From the NCBI RefSeq assembly GCF_963921235.1, contig NC_086097.1:75394001-75458000 (forward strand): a stretch of 64,000 bases of DNA, in the 5' to 3' direction. Both the position numbers and the translations under genes were made by a program. Shown here piece by piece: positions 10,481-24,329 of this stretch (position 1 is its first letter; every line of letters starts with the position of its first letter). The notes under the pieces are model-generated. The model was not told where the DNA came from, did not search any database, and was given only the letters and a program-made list of their open reading frames with translations. This stretch comes from Mobula hypostoma. Its lineage: Eukaryota.

Positions 10481-13400
10481 AATTCATCCAAATTGCAAGA
10501 AATGGAAATGTGTACTTGCAGAAGGTGAAGTTTTAGAGTTTGTTAAATTACATCACTTTCCTTTTTTTTGTCAATACTAAAAAAATGCTAATAATTGTAC
10601 CATTTTAATGTTGTCTTTTCAAGAATAAATAGACAGGGACAATATTGTTTACAGAGGTTTTTTTTTGCACACCATTACCCAAATGAACAATTGCAGGAAA
10701 GAGTGGGCCTTTGAAGACAGGACAACAGACAGTGGTTGCCTCAGTTTGTGATGAGACTCTTTAGGAGCCTGTGATGTCAATCACCTCATTACAAAACTAG
10801 TAATCTGCAGGAAGCCTGGCATTGAAAGGTACAGCACATCCCATAACACTCTGCCCTGACTGAGATGATTGCAGCTTTTTCTTAAAAGTGATTATTAAGA
10901 GACTGAAGAGAAAAACTGAATGCTTTATGAATATTTCATGTAAATGTAAGCACAGAGAGGAAATAGCACTTACTGGAGGGGAGCCTTGATTGATACAAGA
11001 GTGGCATTAAACACCTTGATTTCTGAAGGGTTTTAAACTCCTGTTTTCTCAATGACTGTTTCAAGGGCTTCAGCTAATGGTGAAATAAAACAGCATTGAG
11101 GTGAAGAGCTCTTCATTACCAAGTAAGCATCAAACAAAAGCACGAGTCTAAAACTGAATCCAATGACAGAATAATATGGGCTCTGCGCTGCTTTGGGAAA
11201 GGTCCACAGAAACAGTGTAAACACTTAGAGTCTTTCCATGTAGGCTAACTATGATTTTATTTTTGTATAATCTATTCAATGTATTAATTCTTCTCCTAAT
11301 GGCATATAGACAGAAAGACCGAGACTGGACAAGACCAATTTAATCTGTAATTATGTGTGAAGTTTGTAAGGAATCATCTTTTCTCTCAAACCATATCTTT
11401 CCTGATGACCACTGATGTGTACTCTTGTAAATATGCACATCTTTGTTGAAATCTGACATGAAACTCTTTAATAAGGTGACCTTGAAATAAGAGCAGTTTT
11501 GACTTTGAGAAAATTAGCAGGAAAGTGTACTTCGATATTGTTAGATGGGCGTGAACTGCCAATCAAGAGAGTGGAAATAATCAGTAATGCAGTCTGCCTC
11601 ATTGTCTAAATCTCTCATGCAGCCTGTCATAGTGTCATTTCAGGCTTAACAAGGAGACCTTTTAAAAGGTCTTACAGACAAGAGAATTGTGTGCCTTGCT
11701 GAAGACCTCCCAAACCTCGCAGACTGCAAATCTCATAGCATCCTCCCCAAACCAGCAATCTATTTGTCTGCAGTATTATCTTCCCTTTTTACCTGTTGTA
11801 AATTCATCAGATGTACTGCTTATATGTAAGCTAGAATACTCCAATTCAGCTTGCCATTTGCTGCCGATAATAAAATATAAGAGCTCGTATTACGATCCAC
11901 TCTAACTTCAATAAAAATACTTGATCACAACAGGTGCACATTTTTCAGACCTGAGCACAGAGATTTAGCCTCTCCAGCTAAGTAATTACACAGAGACAAC
12001 ATTTTAAGATAGAATGCTATAATCAGTAGTTCCAAAAGCAAGATGCGATATTTTTGTAAGTATTAATTTGCTCACAAGGTGAAAAATATATCATTTTCAT
12101 GCATTGGGGCTTTGTATATTTAGAGTGGAGAGAAAAAGATAGCCATAATATTTGATCAGTATTCTATTATTGGTGCATTAATGAGACACAAAATGGGCTG
12201 TATAACAAGTAAATCTGACGTCTTCTACAATTTGCAACCCTATTTGATGTAGGCGTTAGACCACAGTGTTTTAAAGTGTGATCTCATTCCCTAAATGTTT
12301 TGAATATTCATAAACTGCTTTTGTTGCATTTGTAAAATGTATATAATTTGGTCTCTAACAGAATTCCTGTTTTGTGGACGCTGGGCTTTCAGCCTCATTC
12401 AAAAGGAAAGCACAGTTCTTACGGCTGGGCATGAGGAAGAATTTCAATCGGTTGCTCAGAAGGAACTTGGCAGTTTTGTTTCTGTCTGCATCCAAGAGCT
12501 TATGTATGCAGGTTAAAAAAAAGTGACTGAAGATCAATGGCCATTTGGCTGGTGAAAGAGATGTTAGATGTATTGGTAAATATTTGCATCTGAGGTTTCA
12601 GTGGATCAGGCAAAGGAACAAGATTTAGCTTGCTATGTAAATGCACCAGACACTTCGAGAATAGATGATGAGCATATTAAACTCATGGCAGAAGTGGAAG
12701 AGGACTCCTGCATAAGGCATTTCAAAATATTCTGGATACTGTATATGATGAGATAAGTACGAGGGAACAAAAAATAGATTTAGGGATGTATAATTAGGTT
12801 AGTAGCTGAGTGATTTGCACATTATTGTGAGAATAAGGTAGTAAATTCGTAACAAAGTAAAAATAACAAAGGAACCATTAGATAAGGAAAAACATGCTCC
12901 TATGGGAATAATTAAATAATTGCAATGTATTCCCAACCTATTACCTGCTCCTGACTCCAACCATCTTTCTGATTCCATTATTCCAATTGAGACCCACTGC
13001 TTGAATTGATAGTTCCCGAGGAGAACCCCAACTTGAGTTCCTGCCTTGGTTTCCAGCACTACACTGAGATCTGCATATGGTTACCATGTGTAACTGCAGC
13101 AAAGCTCCAGAAATCAATTTTCTTGTGTATACATCTCCCTCCCTGTTGCTGGTGTTAAAAAAATCGCTTGCCTCCCCAAACATACAAGAAATATAAGCAG
13201 ATCTCATGCATATTTCAGAATACAATCCTTTATGCTGTACAGTACTGTTTCCCACTCTTTTTGCGCAGAATTGTTCACCTTGTTCAGTATGGTGTGCTCT
13301 CCTTGAATTCCATCCTGCTCTAACCTCTGTGGGATAAAGTGTGGTATTTTCAGTTAAAGTGTTCAAATAAAGTGCTTCATTTATTGCTATAACATACAAG

Positions 13401-14111
13401 ATCTGAACTGTCACACTACTGCCATAACATTTCATTGGCCTTATTGTTATTGCCTGTGGAAGAAATCATTACTTTCTAACAAAGTACTCAACCATATTTA
13501 TAACAATATATTCTGGAGCTCTCGGTTATAAATAATAGCCCTCATGATCTTTTTTAAGGTGAAAGGAGAAACTGAATATGAGCAGGAGGGAGAATGTGGG
13601 AAATGCTGAGAGAACGTAAAACATTATTATGCATTTTTAGTAGTTTCCTAACAGCCAACAGGCTTATTCCCAAGATGGGAAATAGAAGTTAAGTAAAGAA
13701 ATGACAACTAGGGAATCAAGAGCCACTCAAGAGATGAAATATTTAGAAAGGAAGTTTTAGAGGACAGAATATTTCTGGACAGATATTTTCAAATGTCTTT
13801 GAAAGATGTTTCAGTAGGGGACAAAGGGAGCAAGCAGTAAGAAATAAACCAGTATTGGAAGAAGCATTTGGGATTGTAGGAAATTGCCTGGTAGTGAGCG
13901 ATAAGGTCTGAGAGAAACTTATATTTGGCACAGGTAAAAAATATTCTTTGCACAGGCAAACTCCAATTGAGGAAGAAAATGTGTTGAAAGTAATAATTTT
14001 CCCAATGGTAATTTTCCCAATTTTTCAAACTCTGAAAGCATTATTAAACACAAGTGACCTGGCCAATAGACATTCCTTCTGTTCCTGCAACTGCAAATAT
14101 CAGGTTTGGTC

Positions 14112-14925
14112 TTCTGGTCAAGATGGCACCTGTGTATATCACTCCTTCGGTCGACATCTTATCTTCTGGATGGATCATTAAAACATATATTTCACTTCTT
14201 TTATGTCTTTTACATTTGATTTTCATCTTAAGTGTGATTCTGGAACTGTTAGAGCCTGTGATTTGTAGTTCGGAGATCGTTTGGGGGTTTCAGCACTCTG
14301 CAGTCTCCGAGAGGATTCTGGAAGGCAGAGGCAGCATACGGGAACCTCGTGGTGAGAAGACTGCGAGACTCTATTTCATTGATTAAAGTCTCCATTGTTC
14401 GCTGATTAAAGTGACGAGGCAGATTGAAACACTGAGGTGAATGCAGATGGTGAATGCCAGCTGCCTGCCTTTTTATCGTTGGGGCAGCATTTTGCTATCA
14501 GAGAGGAGAGATTGCCTTTTTATCGCGGGGGATCGCACTGCCACAGTGTGGGGAGACTGCCTTATCATCACTGTTGATATCGCTCCCTGGAAAGGCTTGC
14601 CGCTCTGCCTGGAGAATGTTACACAGGTATTCTGCGTTTTAGATATAGACTTGGACTACAGACATTTTTTCATTCTTTTGGTTTTTTTATAATCTGCTTT
14701 TTTGCCCAATCTTTCTCAGATATTTTTGTGTGCAGGGGAGGGGAATTTGGGGGTCAATATGCCTGTTCTGTTTTTGTTCATTTTTTTTGTGCGGGGAGGA
14801 GGAATTTGGAAGCTGATGATCGTGCTACTGTTCTTTTCATTCTTGGGTTTATGGCTATCTGGAGAAGAAGATTTTCGGAGTTGAGTACTTTGATAATAAA
14901 TGAACTTTTGAACCTTGGAACCTTT
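14112..14925 (+). mobile_element. ~800-bp non-autonomous retroelement (copy 1)
   Basis: Homologous along its length to 25694-26345. Starts caagatggcacctg and ends tactttgataataaatgaacttttgaaccttggaacc. Confidence 0.8.
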
Positions 14926-15159
14926 GGTCAAATCAATTAGATTTTAATAAAATACTTTGAAACCAGTCTGCCTCAAACTGAAATGTAGCATTTTCCCATG
15001 GTCCTTACAGCCCAGCCAGAATTTTAAAGCAGGAGTTCGAAATTACTAGTAAGTTGTTGTGGACATCTTGATCTTCATTAGAGAATATTCTGAATTTGCA
15101 AATAGCAAAAATGTTAAAAAAGACCAACTATTTTGTACAGCCTCCTGCATGACCCTGTA

Positions 15160-15310
15160 GGATCATGGTTCTTGACTGGACATGGCACCAAAGGTTAGGG
15201 TGAGAAGCCTGGATTGTGGGACTGAGCAATGGAAAAAGGATAAGCCATGATTGAATGGTGGAGTAGACTTGTTGGGCCTAACTTTGCTCCTATGTCTTAT
15301 GGTCTTATGA
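15160..15310 (+). mobile_element. CR1 3'-end fragment
   Basis: agccatgattgaatggtggagtagacttgttgggcc...ctcctatgtcttatggtcttatg. Confidence 0.75.
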
Positions 15311-16187
15311 AAAGTCATAGCAGCTTTTATATTCTCAGAAGCTGACTGAACTCTCATGCATTTCCAGCACATTCCATTTTCAGTTTGGATTTCTGGCCTT
15401 TTATCATTGTAATTGCCTTGATTCTCTACTGCAGTTAAGATTTTCAAAGGGCAATCAAATGGGAGGCTCAGTTTTATCCAGCCACGGTGTTGAAAACTGC
15501 AATGCCTCCATTATGGAAAGCTATAACAGCTCTATGAGCTTGACTGATCAAAGTTCCCACTGTCAGGCCTCCACCCACTCATACAAGCCAAGATTGCTGC
15601 CGTCTGCTTTGTGAAATGGAATATTTGGATAGTTCTTTTATTCTCAGATTCTTTTCTCAGGGAATCATACAATCACATATTACGAGAAGAGTGAACATGC
15701 GACATCTTCTTTTCAGTGCTGTTTGAAAAAAACTAACATTTATTTGTGGAGTGGAGCTCAATTGTGTCTATTTTCTGGTCGAATTGCACATCTCCAGAAA
15801 ATTGGTTGAGCACTTCAAAATGAATGTGTGCCTTTACTGGTGATACATTCTTTTTGCCTCAGATGAGCATTCAATAACTTCCCATAATCTGGCTTTTATG
15901 ACATTGGTAAAACCCTTCCAGGTTTTCAGACCATCAGTTGCAATGTGATTTAAAGACTTACACTGAAATCACAAACTTTGTCAATTTGAAGCAAGAACTT
16001 TAGAAACAAGCTGTTCATTCTAAAAACTGCACTTACAGCCATGGACACTTCCTCTGAGCTTCACTGCCTTTGTTGATCAATCAAGACCACTTAGAAGGAT
16101 TGCTCATGTGGTGATCCCACTGACCACACATTGGGAGTGAGAGTTTTAGACAATGTCCCACAAGCAAGGCTGGGGAGCCCAGGGGAG

Positions 16188-18578
16188 GACTTTGGCATCA
16201 CATCAACTCCAATAATTTGGCAAAGAGCAATGGGCCAAGTGCTCCAAGATATCCCAGGAATACAATGTCACCTTGATGACATCATTGTGACTGGCAAGAA
16301 TGATGAAGAGCACCACTAGGACTGTGGTGAAGTGTTTACAGGCTGAGTGAATATGGTCTGCGTGCAAAGGGAGAAAAATGTGAGTTTTCAAGAATGAAAT
16401 CTCATATTGTGGGCATGTCATTGACAAGCAGGGCTTACAAACGTCACAAGAGAAGACTGAAGCACTGCTATAGGCACCCAAGCCAGAAAATGTGTCACAA
16501 CTCAGGTCAACCTTGGGCCTTGTAAACTACTACCACAGGTTTCTCCCAAATGTTGCTACATGCTGCACCCATTGAATGCACTGTTGCAAATAGGAACAAA
16601 GTGGGAATGGTCAGAAAGATGTGCACAGATTGACTGAGGAGTTCTTAAGCTATTATGGAGAATAAAGAAGTTCCACAACTACTTCAATGGATAAAAGTTT
16701 GCACTAGTGACAGATCACCAGCCTCTTGTGTCCATTTTCAATCCCAGTGAGGTCTGATGCCTGGTTGCAACATTGGGGACTTTTTCATGGAGCCCACTCT
16801 TATGCCATAGAGCTCAAGGATACCATATAACACAGTAACACTAACGGCTTGTTATGTTTTCCACTGTTGACAACTAAAGAAGAGAAGTCTTCGTTTTGTG
16901 ACCCAGCAGAAGCGTTCCATACAACACTGGTGCACCGGTTGCCTGTAACAGATTTGGAAATACAAAGAGAAACAAGGAATGACCCGACATTGTCGAAAGT
17001 CTATGACATCACCATGCAAGAATAGCCAGCTCAGGATAATCCTATGTTTCCAGCACTCTCAGTGAGACGAGACCAGCTGTCTGTATGTCAAAGACGCTGA
17101 TATGTGGGTCTTGTGTTGTGGTTCTCTCTAAAATGCGCACCAGAGTGTTAGAAAGTCTGCATGAAGCACACTCGGGTACAGTAAAGATGAAGAGTCTCAA
17201 CTGGAGCTTTGTGTGGTGGCTGGAATAGATAGACAGATTGAAGACTTGACCAAAGTCTGTTCAGGATGGCAAAAAGTTCAAAATGCACCCCCATGGGCGC
17301 CGTTACACCCATGAGAGTGGTCGTCTTCACCATGGCAAAGAGAACATATTGACTTTGCTGGGATATTCATGGGCTCCATGTTTCTGATTGCTGTGGATGC
17401 TCATTTGAAGTAGCTTGAAGTCATACCAATGAAGTCAACCATCTCTGAAAAGACTGTTACCACTCTGAGGACTATCTTCACCAGAAATGGCTTACTTGAA
17501 CAAATAGTAAGTGAAAATGGACCAAAATACACATCAGAAGAATTCAGATTATTCAAGAAGAAAAATGGCATCAGACATTTCAAGTCTGCTCCTCACTACC
17601 CAGCAACAAATGGGTTAGCTGAAATGTTTATCCAAACCTTCAAGAAGTCCATTAAAGCAATGGACAATGAGGACATTTCTCTACAGCACAAGGTGGACAA
17701 CTTCCTTTTTGTGTATTGGAACCCTGCTCATGCAACAACAAATCAAACACCTGCAATGCTGTTCGTGAGCAGAAATCTGAGATCTCACATAGACCTCCTG
17801 AAACCAGAACTACAGAAGGAAGTGCAGAATAAACCGTTCAGCCAGTTGCCAAGTGAATCAGCAAGGAGCTTCAAGATTGGGCAGGAAGTCCTAGTGCATG
17901 ATTACCGAGAAGGCAAGTGGACACCCGGTAGGGTAGCTACAGGAACTGGACCACTGATGTACACAGTGGATGTTGGAGATCAGATATGGAGACGTCATGT
18001 GAACCAGATACCTGATGCTCAGCCGAAGAACACGCCTGAGTCAAATGCAGCTAACAGGTGGGCACTTTACAGCCACCGGACTTACCTCTCCGTGATGATC
18101 ATGTCACTAACAACAACGTGAGACTGGCAATCGAGAACATTGTCTTTGACAAGACACCTGTCAAACTTGATGTCATTCCACAGGTCTACAGGCACTATCC
18201 TGAAAGAAACAGAGCAGTACCTGAAAGAATGAATCTTTATTATAGTGAGGTTAGTTACGGACCATTATTGTGAAAGCATGTTTATTTGAAAATGGTTTGT
18301 GAAAGGGAAATTGAATGTTTTGTACATATTCAGTTTTATGTTACATTAATCTAAATGGGGAGGAAGTGTAATGTATAGATCTATTTCTTTTAGAGCAATG
18401 ACTCCCCTTAGCACTACACATGGACTGATAACTTACCTATGCACATTGATCTGTCATCTACACATGCATATAGCTCTGCTCTCCCTCTCTCTCTCATTAC
18501 AATATGAGTACACAAGTTATAGCCATCTCCTGCATGCATGTTTTTATTTAATTGATATGTAGCTGCATAGACACAACA
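16188..18578 (+). mobile_element. Ty3/Gypsy LTR retrotransposon remnant (RT, RNase H, integrase, PPT, 3' LTR)
   Basis: RT FGITSTPIIWQRAM..CHLDDIIVTG. Integrase IVSENGPKYTSEEF..SAPHYPATNGLAE (17429-18121). PPT aaatggggaggaag at 18353-18366. Domain order is RT-RH-IN, with many stops and frameshifts. Confidence 0.92.
18367..18578 (+). repeat. 3' LTR of the Gypsy element
   Basis: Starts TGTAATG immediately after the PPT and ends CACAACA. Confidence 0.75.
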
Positions 18579-20412
18579 CATTTCACTCTATGTTTCAATG
18601 TGCATGTGAGAAATAAAACTAATCTTTTAAAATCTTTTAACAACCAAGCTTAGAATATGATCAGTCTCCTTCAAATGATATGTTGTTGCCTACACCAGAC
18701 TGGAGTGCAGAAAAATACACACCAAATGGGTCTTCAGATTTCTCCATTATCTGCTAAGATTTGCTGACAGGAGAGCTCACTCCTTGCCTAAGATATTTCA
18801 CCAGTGGGGGAGCAGGAGGATGTAGACAAGGAGGGAGATAAGCCCAAGAAGGAAGAGGAGGAGATCCAACTTCAGGTATAAGGATTATGTGATTTGTCAT
18901 GTGAGGAAGGCCCTCCCTGAACAGATAATTGGAGACATCTCAAATGATTGGAGACTCTCATGAACTCAACCACAAACCAAGATACATACACTAGCATGGT
19001 CCTAATTGGATACCAAATGCATTGCAGTGAATTCCCCTCAATAGACAAGGAACCATGGTAGTTATGGGAAGGCCAGCATTCTCTTTAACTCCAGTGGATT
19101 GAATGTACCAGCACAAACATATTAGTGTTTAGTGGTGAAATATGCATCTGATCAACGCAGAGTTGTCAATCATGAGCTTGGCATGAATATGCTCCTATTG
19201 CCGAGTGGAGTCCTGAAAGTAAGTAGATACGCCTCAGAAGTACTTTATGCTAACAGGCACCTTGGGTGGCGCCATTCCTTCAAAAGAATAATCACATTAT
19301 CTTTGACATGCAACAACTAGACAAGGTGGAGCATTGTCCATGGAGTTAAATTGTTACCCACCTTTAACATTACAAACACAGTCTGCTCTGGAGGAATCAC
19401 TCTTGATAGATGTCTGTGTTTACAGAGCTTCTCAAGCCCCAGTAGCAGTATAGAGATGAAGCAGTAAGTATTGGGTTCTGTCTATTTCCCTTACACAGAA
19501 GCATAGTCATAAAATGCATTTTCAGTGTTGCAACAAAATCAGGTTCTACAACTGGGATTCAATATGATGATGTGAGTGCATCACATAACATGCTTTAATA
19601 TGTCAAAAACAGAACTAATATATTGCTAAGTGATTTTCAGGTTCTAAAACAGTATTACATGCACCAAACATACAGTACATTGTATTCACAATATCTGTTA
19701 TGCTGCTTATTACTTTAGTTTTATGAATGAATCATTGGCTGCAAAATCTTTGATTTACATTAACTCCCACCAGAACTGATGGCATTTTCTTGATGTTTGT
19801 ATTAACGACTTCAATGTGGATTCCCTGCCACAAATGCAAAGAAGCTCAATCATTGTTTCTAACATCAGTGTAGCAATTCCAAAAGTAATTTCAATGAAAG
19901 TAACCTTTGGTGAGAATTAATAGTAATTTACTAATTTGATGTGATAATGATGATGAGACATTATATATTTACACATAGTATAACATTGTCAAGCCTGGGC
20001 ATTTTTAACAAAGAGACTATTAATTAGTAATACATCATATTAAAATGTTAATTTGCTGCTCTCTTTTTGTAGAAAATGCTGTTTGTAAAATCTTACCTAA
20101 CATCATGACTAAAGCTGTCTCATTTAAGTGGATCTGGGATCCCAGAGTATTCCACCTCTGGGTTTTCTTACACTTCATTTTTGGGGGTCTTGTCCACTAA
20201 TTGATGGAGATTGATTGCTATGATTAGCAGCAAATCCATTAATCCTGCAGCAAGCTTTCCACAAGAGTTGTATAAAGTTAACCAGATGAACCTTGCTCTC
20301 TTTTTTCCAATCTTCCAATTCCTATATAAGTGAAAATATCTTAGAGCATGATAACATATTACAAATTACAACTTATAATTAATGAAACCTAAATCAGATT
20401 TAATAGAGTTCT

Positions 20413-21262
20413 ACTTGAGCCATGGCTCTTCCTCAGAGGAGTAAGTAATTGAAATAAGTTGTTTCTCTACTGCAAAGGGTATTCGAGAAAGCAGAGGGAG
20501 TAATCAAGAAAAGGATTATTTTCTGGCATATCCCCATGGGAGAGTGACATTGAGGTGAAACTCTTCCCCAAGCAGAGGAATAATCATGACCAAGCATTCT
20601 GCCCAGAGGATAGGGTGATTGACAGAAGCTCTACTCCAGAACAAAGATTAATCTAGACAAGGCTCTTCAGCACAGAGGAATCAGATCATAGCTCTTCCCC
20701 ACAAGATGGAGCAAATGAAACAAAACTCTTTCCCAGAGTAGAGAGTAATGGATTCACACTGTTCTCCAGTAGAGGAAGACTCAAGACAAGGCTCCTTTTT
20801 TGGAGCAGAGAGTTATTGAAACGTGACCTTCTGCTGGACTGTGTAATGCTACTAAGTCTTTACACTGTTGACAATGTTAAACAAGCCAAAGCTTTTTCAC
20901 ACAGAAGAGAGTGATTGCTTCAAGGAACTTTTCCTGGACCATAATTGAAGAAGGCTCTTCCTCATAGGAAGAAGTAATTTATACCAAAGGCTGTTCTCAG
21001 AAGAAGGAGTAAACAAGACAAAATACTTCCACTAAAGGGAAGATAAATGAGAAAGGCTCTTTATCAAAGTCAGGAGTTATCAGGACAAGATAATTGTGAC
21101 TCTTTCACAGAAGGGTGGTGTAGTGGAGGTAGCTTCTTCCCTACAGAAATGTTCTTTCCCAGGTAGTGTGTAATGGAGACAAACCTGTTTCCAGAGGCAG
21201 AAATAATTAAGACAAGACTCTTCGCCAGAGATGGAGTAATCAAGAGGAAGCTGTTCCTTAAA
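20413..21262. repeat. degenerate tandem array, unit ~34 bp, roughly 24 copies
   Basis: Recurrent motif approximating GAGTAATCAAGACAAGGCTCTTCCCCAGCAGAG. Confidence 0.75.
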
Positions 21263-21302
21263 AGATGAATTCCTTAATGTCCCTTAAAAAAAATAACTGT
21301 TT

Positions 21303-21482
21303 GGCCGATGAATGTTTGGCTGAGGAACTGGTGCATGCATCAAAGTTTCGGATTTGTGGATGATTGGGATCTCTTCTGGGAAAGGTATGACATATACAAA
21401 AGGGACAGATTACACTTGAACTTGAAGAGAACCAATATCCTTACGGGCAGGTTTGCTAGAGCTGTTAGGGATGGTTCAAATA
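21303..21482 (+). mobile_element. CR1 ORF1 SGNH/GDSL-esterase C-terminal fragment
   Basis: NVWLRNWC..GFVDDWDLFWERYDIYKRDRLHLN, carrying the DxxH block of the CR1 ORF1 esterase. Confidence 0.8.
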
Positions 21483-21487
21483 AGGCG

Positions 21488-22191
21488 GACCTTGCACTCA
21501 ACATCAATAAGAGCAAAGAAATGATTGCAGATTTCAGGAAGGGGAAGTCGAGGGAACACACACCAATCCTCATCGAGGGATCCGCAGTGGAAAGGATGAA
21601 CAGTTTCTAGTTCCTGGGTGTTGACATCTCTGAGGATCTGTCCTGGGACCAACATAATGATGCAATTACAAAGTCACAACAGCACATACATTTCATTAGG
21701 AGTTTGAAGAGACTTGGTATGTTCCAAATTTCTACAGATGTACTGCGGAGAGCATTCTAACTGGTCATATCACTGTCTGGTGGAGGAGCCACTGTACAGG
21801 ATCAGAAAAACCTGCAGGAAGTTGTAAACATAGCTAGTTTCATCATGGAAACTAGCCTCCCCAGCATCGAGGATACCTTCAAAAGGTGATGTCTCAAAAA
21901 GGTAGCATCCATCATTTATGACCTCCAACACGAAAGACATACTCCTTCCTCATCACTACCTTTAAGGAGGAGGTATAAGAGTCTGAAGACTTACACTCAA
22001 CGCTTCAGGAACGGCTGCTTCACCTCCGCCATCAGATTTCTGAATAGGCAATGAACCCATGAACACTTACTCAGTTCCATTTGCACTACTTATTTAATTT
22101 ATTTTTTATATACCGCTTATTGTAATTCATTGTTGTAATTACTGTGTGTGCAATGGGCTACTGATGAAGTTAAACCTGATTCTGATTCAGA
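21488..22191 (+). mobile_element. Rex/Babar-type LINE 3' fragment nested in CR1
   Basis: LALNINKSKEMIADFRK..FLGV. The tail ends aaacctgattctgattc. Confidence 0.8.
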
Positions 22192-22194
22192 CAC

Positions 22195-24266
22195 AGTTGC
22201 CATTACAGAGCCTTGGCTATCATGAGGGCAGGAATGGCTGTTGAATGTTCTAGTATTTACGTACCCCACTGAAGAAAAAAAAGGATGTAGGGTGAAGGAA
22301 CAGTACTTGACAAAAGATACAGAACATCTAGTCAAGAGGAAGAAAGAAGCATACTTTTGGTTTAAGAAGGAAGGATCAGAACTTCTTGGAGGGTTATTAA
22401 GTAACCAGGAAGGAAGGGACTTAGGAGTGCTGGAAGAAGGCGTGAGAAGGTCTTGGTGAGTCAGATTAAGGAAAACTCCAAGGCATTCTATATATATATA
22501 CATATGTGTGTATGAAGAACAGAAGAACAGGAAGATGACTCCGATCAGGAATTTTAAAAAAAGAAACACGGAGGAGGCTGGGGAGGTCCTTAATGAATAT
22601 TTTGCTTCAGTATTCATCAGTGAGAGGGATCTTGGCAAATGCAAGGATAGCATAAAACAGGCTGAAATAGTGGAACATGTCAACGTTAAGAAAGAGGATG
22701 TGCAGGAACTTGTGAAAAACATTCAGGTGGATAAATCCCTGAGGCCAGATGGAAGATGCTCCTGGTTACTATCTGAAGAGACAGAAGATATTGCTGTGCC
22801 TTTGGTGATGATCTTTGCATCTTCCCTGGACACAGAAGTTGTAACAGAGGATTGGAGGATGGCAAATGTTATTCCTTTGTTCAAGAAGGCTAATAGGGAT
22901 AATCTGAGGAAGTATAGACCAGAGAGTGTTATGTCAGTGGTGGGCAAACCTGTGGGGAGTATTCTTAGAGGCAGGATTTTTGAGCATTTGGAGAAGCACA
23001 GGGTGATTAAGGATAGTCAGCCTGGCTTTGTGAGGGGTGTGTTGTGCCTCACAAGCCTATTCGAATTCTTCAGGAAAGTGAAAAAACAAATTGATGAAGG
23101 TAGAGAAGAGGATCTGGTCTATCTGGATTTCAGTAAGGCATTTGACAAATTTCCCCATGGTAGGTTCATTCAGAAAGTCAGAAGGAATGGAATCATGGGA
23201 AACTTGCCTGCATAAATTCAGAGTTGGTTTGCCCACAGTTCTGCGTAGAGGACATATTCTGCTTGGAGGTCAGTGACCAGGGCCGAACCGCAGAGATCCA
23301 TTCTGGGATCACCGCTCCTTGTGATTTTTATAAATGACTTAGATGAGGAAGTGGAAGGATAAGTTAATAATTTTGCAGATGACACTGCGGTTGGTGGTGT
23401 TGTGGATAGTGCAGAAGATTGGCATTGTTTACAACAGGATATTGATAGGATGCAGAGTTGAGCTGAGAAGTGTTAGATAGAGTTCCTTCTGGAAAAGTGT
23501 GAAGTGATACACCTTGGAAAGTCAAATTTGAAGGCAGAGTACAGGGTTAATGTCGGGATTCTTAGCAGTGTGGAGGAACAGAGGGATCTTGGGGTTCACA
23601 TCTATAGATCCCTCAAAGTTGCCATGTAAATTGATAGAGTGGTTAATAAGGTGTAGGGTGTGTTGGCCCTCATTAGTTGGGAGATTGAGTGCAGCAGCCA
23701 CAAGGTAACATTGCTGTTCTATAAAGCTCTGGTTAAATCACACTTGGAGTAATGTGTTCAGTTCTGGTTGCCTCATTATGGGAAAGGTGTGGAAGGTTTT
23801 GAGAGAGTGCAAAGGAGATTTACCAGGATGCTGTCTGGATTAGAGAACATGTCTTATGAGGATAGTCTAAGTGAAATGAAAGAGGATGAGAGGCAACCTG
23901 ATAGAGGTGTACAAGATGATCAGTGACATAGATCAAATGGACAGTCAGCGACTTTTTCCCAGGTTGGAAATGGCTAATACAAGGGGCATAATTTTACAGT
24001 GATTGGAGGAAAGCGTAAGTGGGATATCACTGGTAGTTTTACATACAGAGAGTGGAAAGTGTTTAAAATGCACTGCTGGTGTTGGTGGTAGAGGCAGATA
24101 CATTAGGGACATTTAAGAGACTCTTAGGTAGGCACATGGATGAAAGAAAATGGAGGGATAATTGGAAGGGATGGATTAGATTCAACTTGGCATAGGTTAA
24201 GAGGTTGGCACGACATTGTCGGCCGTAGTGCACTGGAATGTGATGTACTGTCTATGTTCTATGTTA
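22195..24266 (+). mobile_element. CR1 LINE ORF2 pseudogene and 3' UTR
   Basis: ORF 22508-23215 (LNEYFASVF, DWRMANVIPLFKK, YLDFSKAFDK) and FADD near 23372. Tail ctatgttctatg. Confidence 0.95.
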
Positions 24267-24329
24267 TAAAGATAAGCAAAAGCTGTGCAATTCAATTTTA
24301 GAGCATTAGGGCACCAACTGCACATTAAA

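Noticed and set aside
12355..12537. Possible exon (ctaacag...caggtt) and minus-strand ORF
   Set aside because: Weak donor site and no recognisable peptide in the frames examined.
12941..13435. 164-aa minus-strand ORF
   Set aside because: No motif, and consistent with a chance ORF.
20413..21262. CRISPR-like periodicity
   Set aside because: Units are contiguous and degenerate with no unique spacers, there are no cas genes, and the context is vertebrate.
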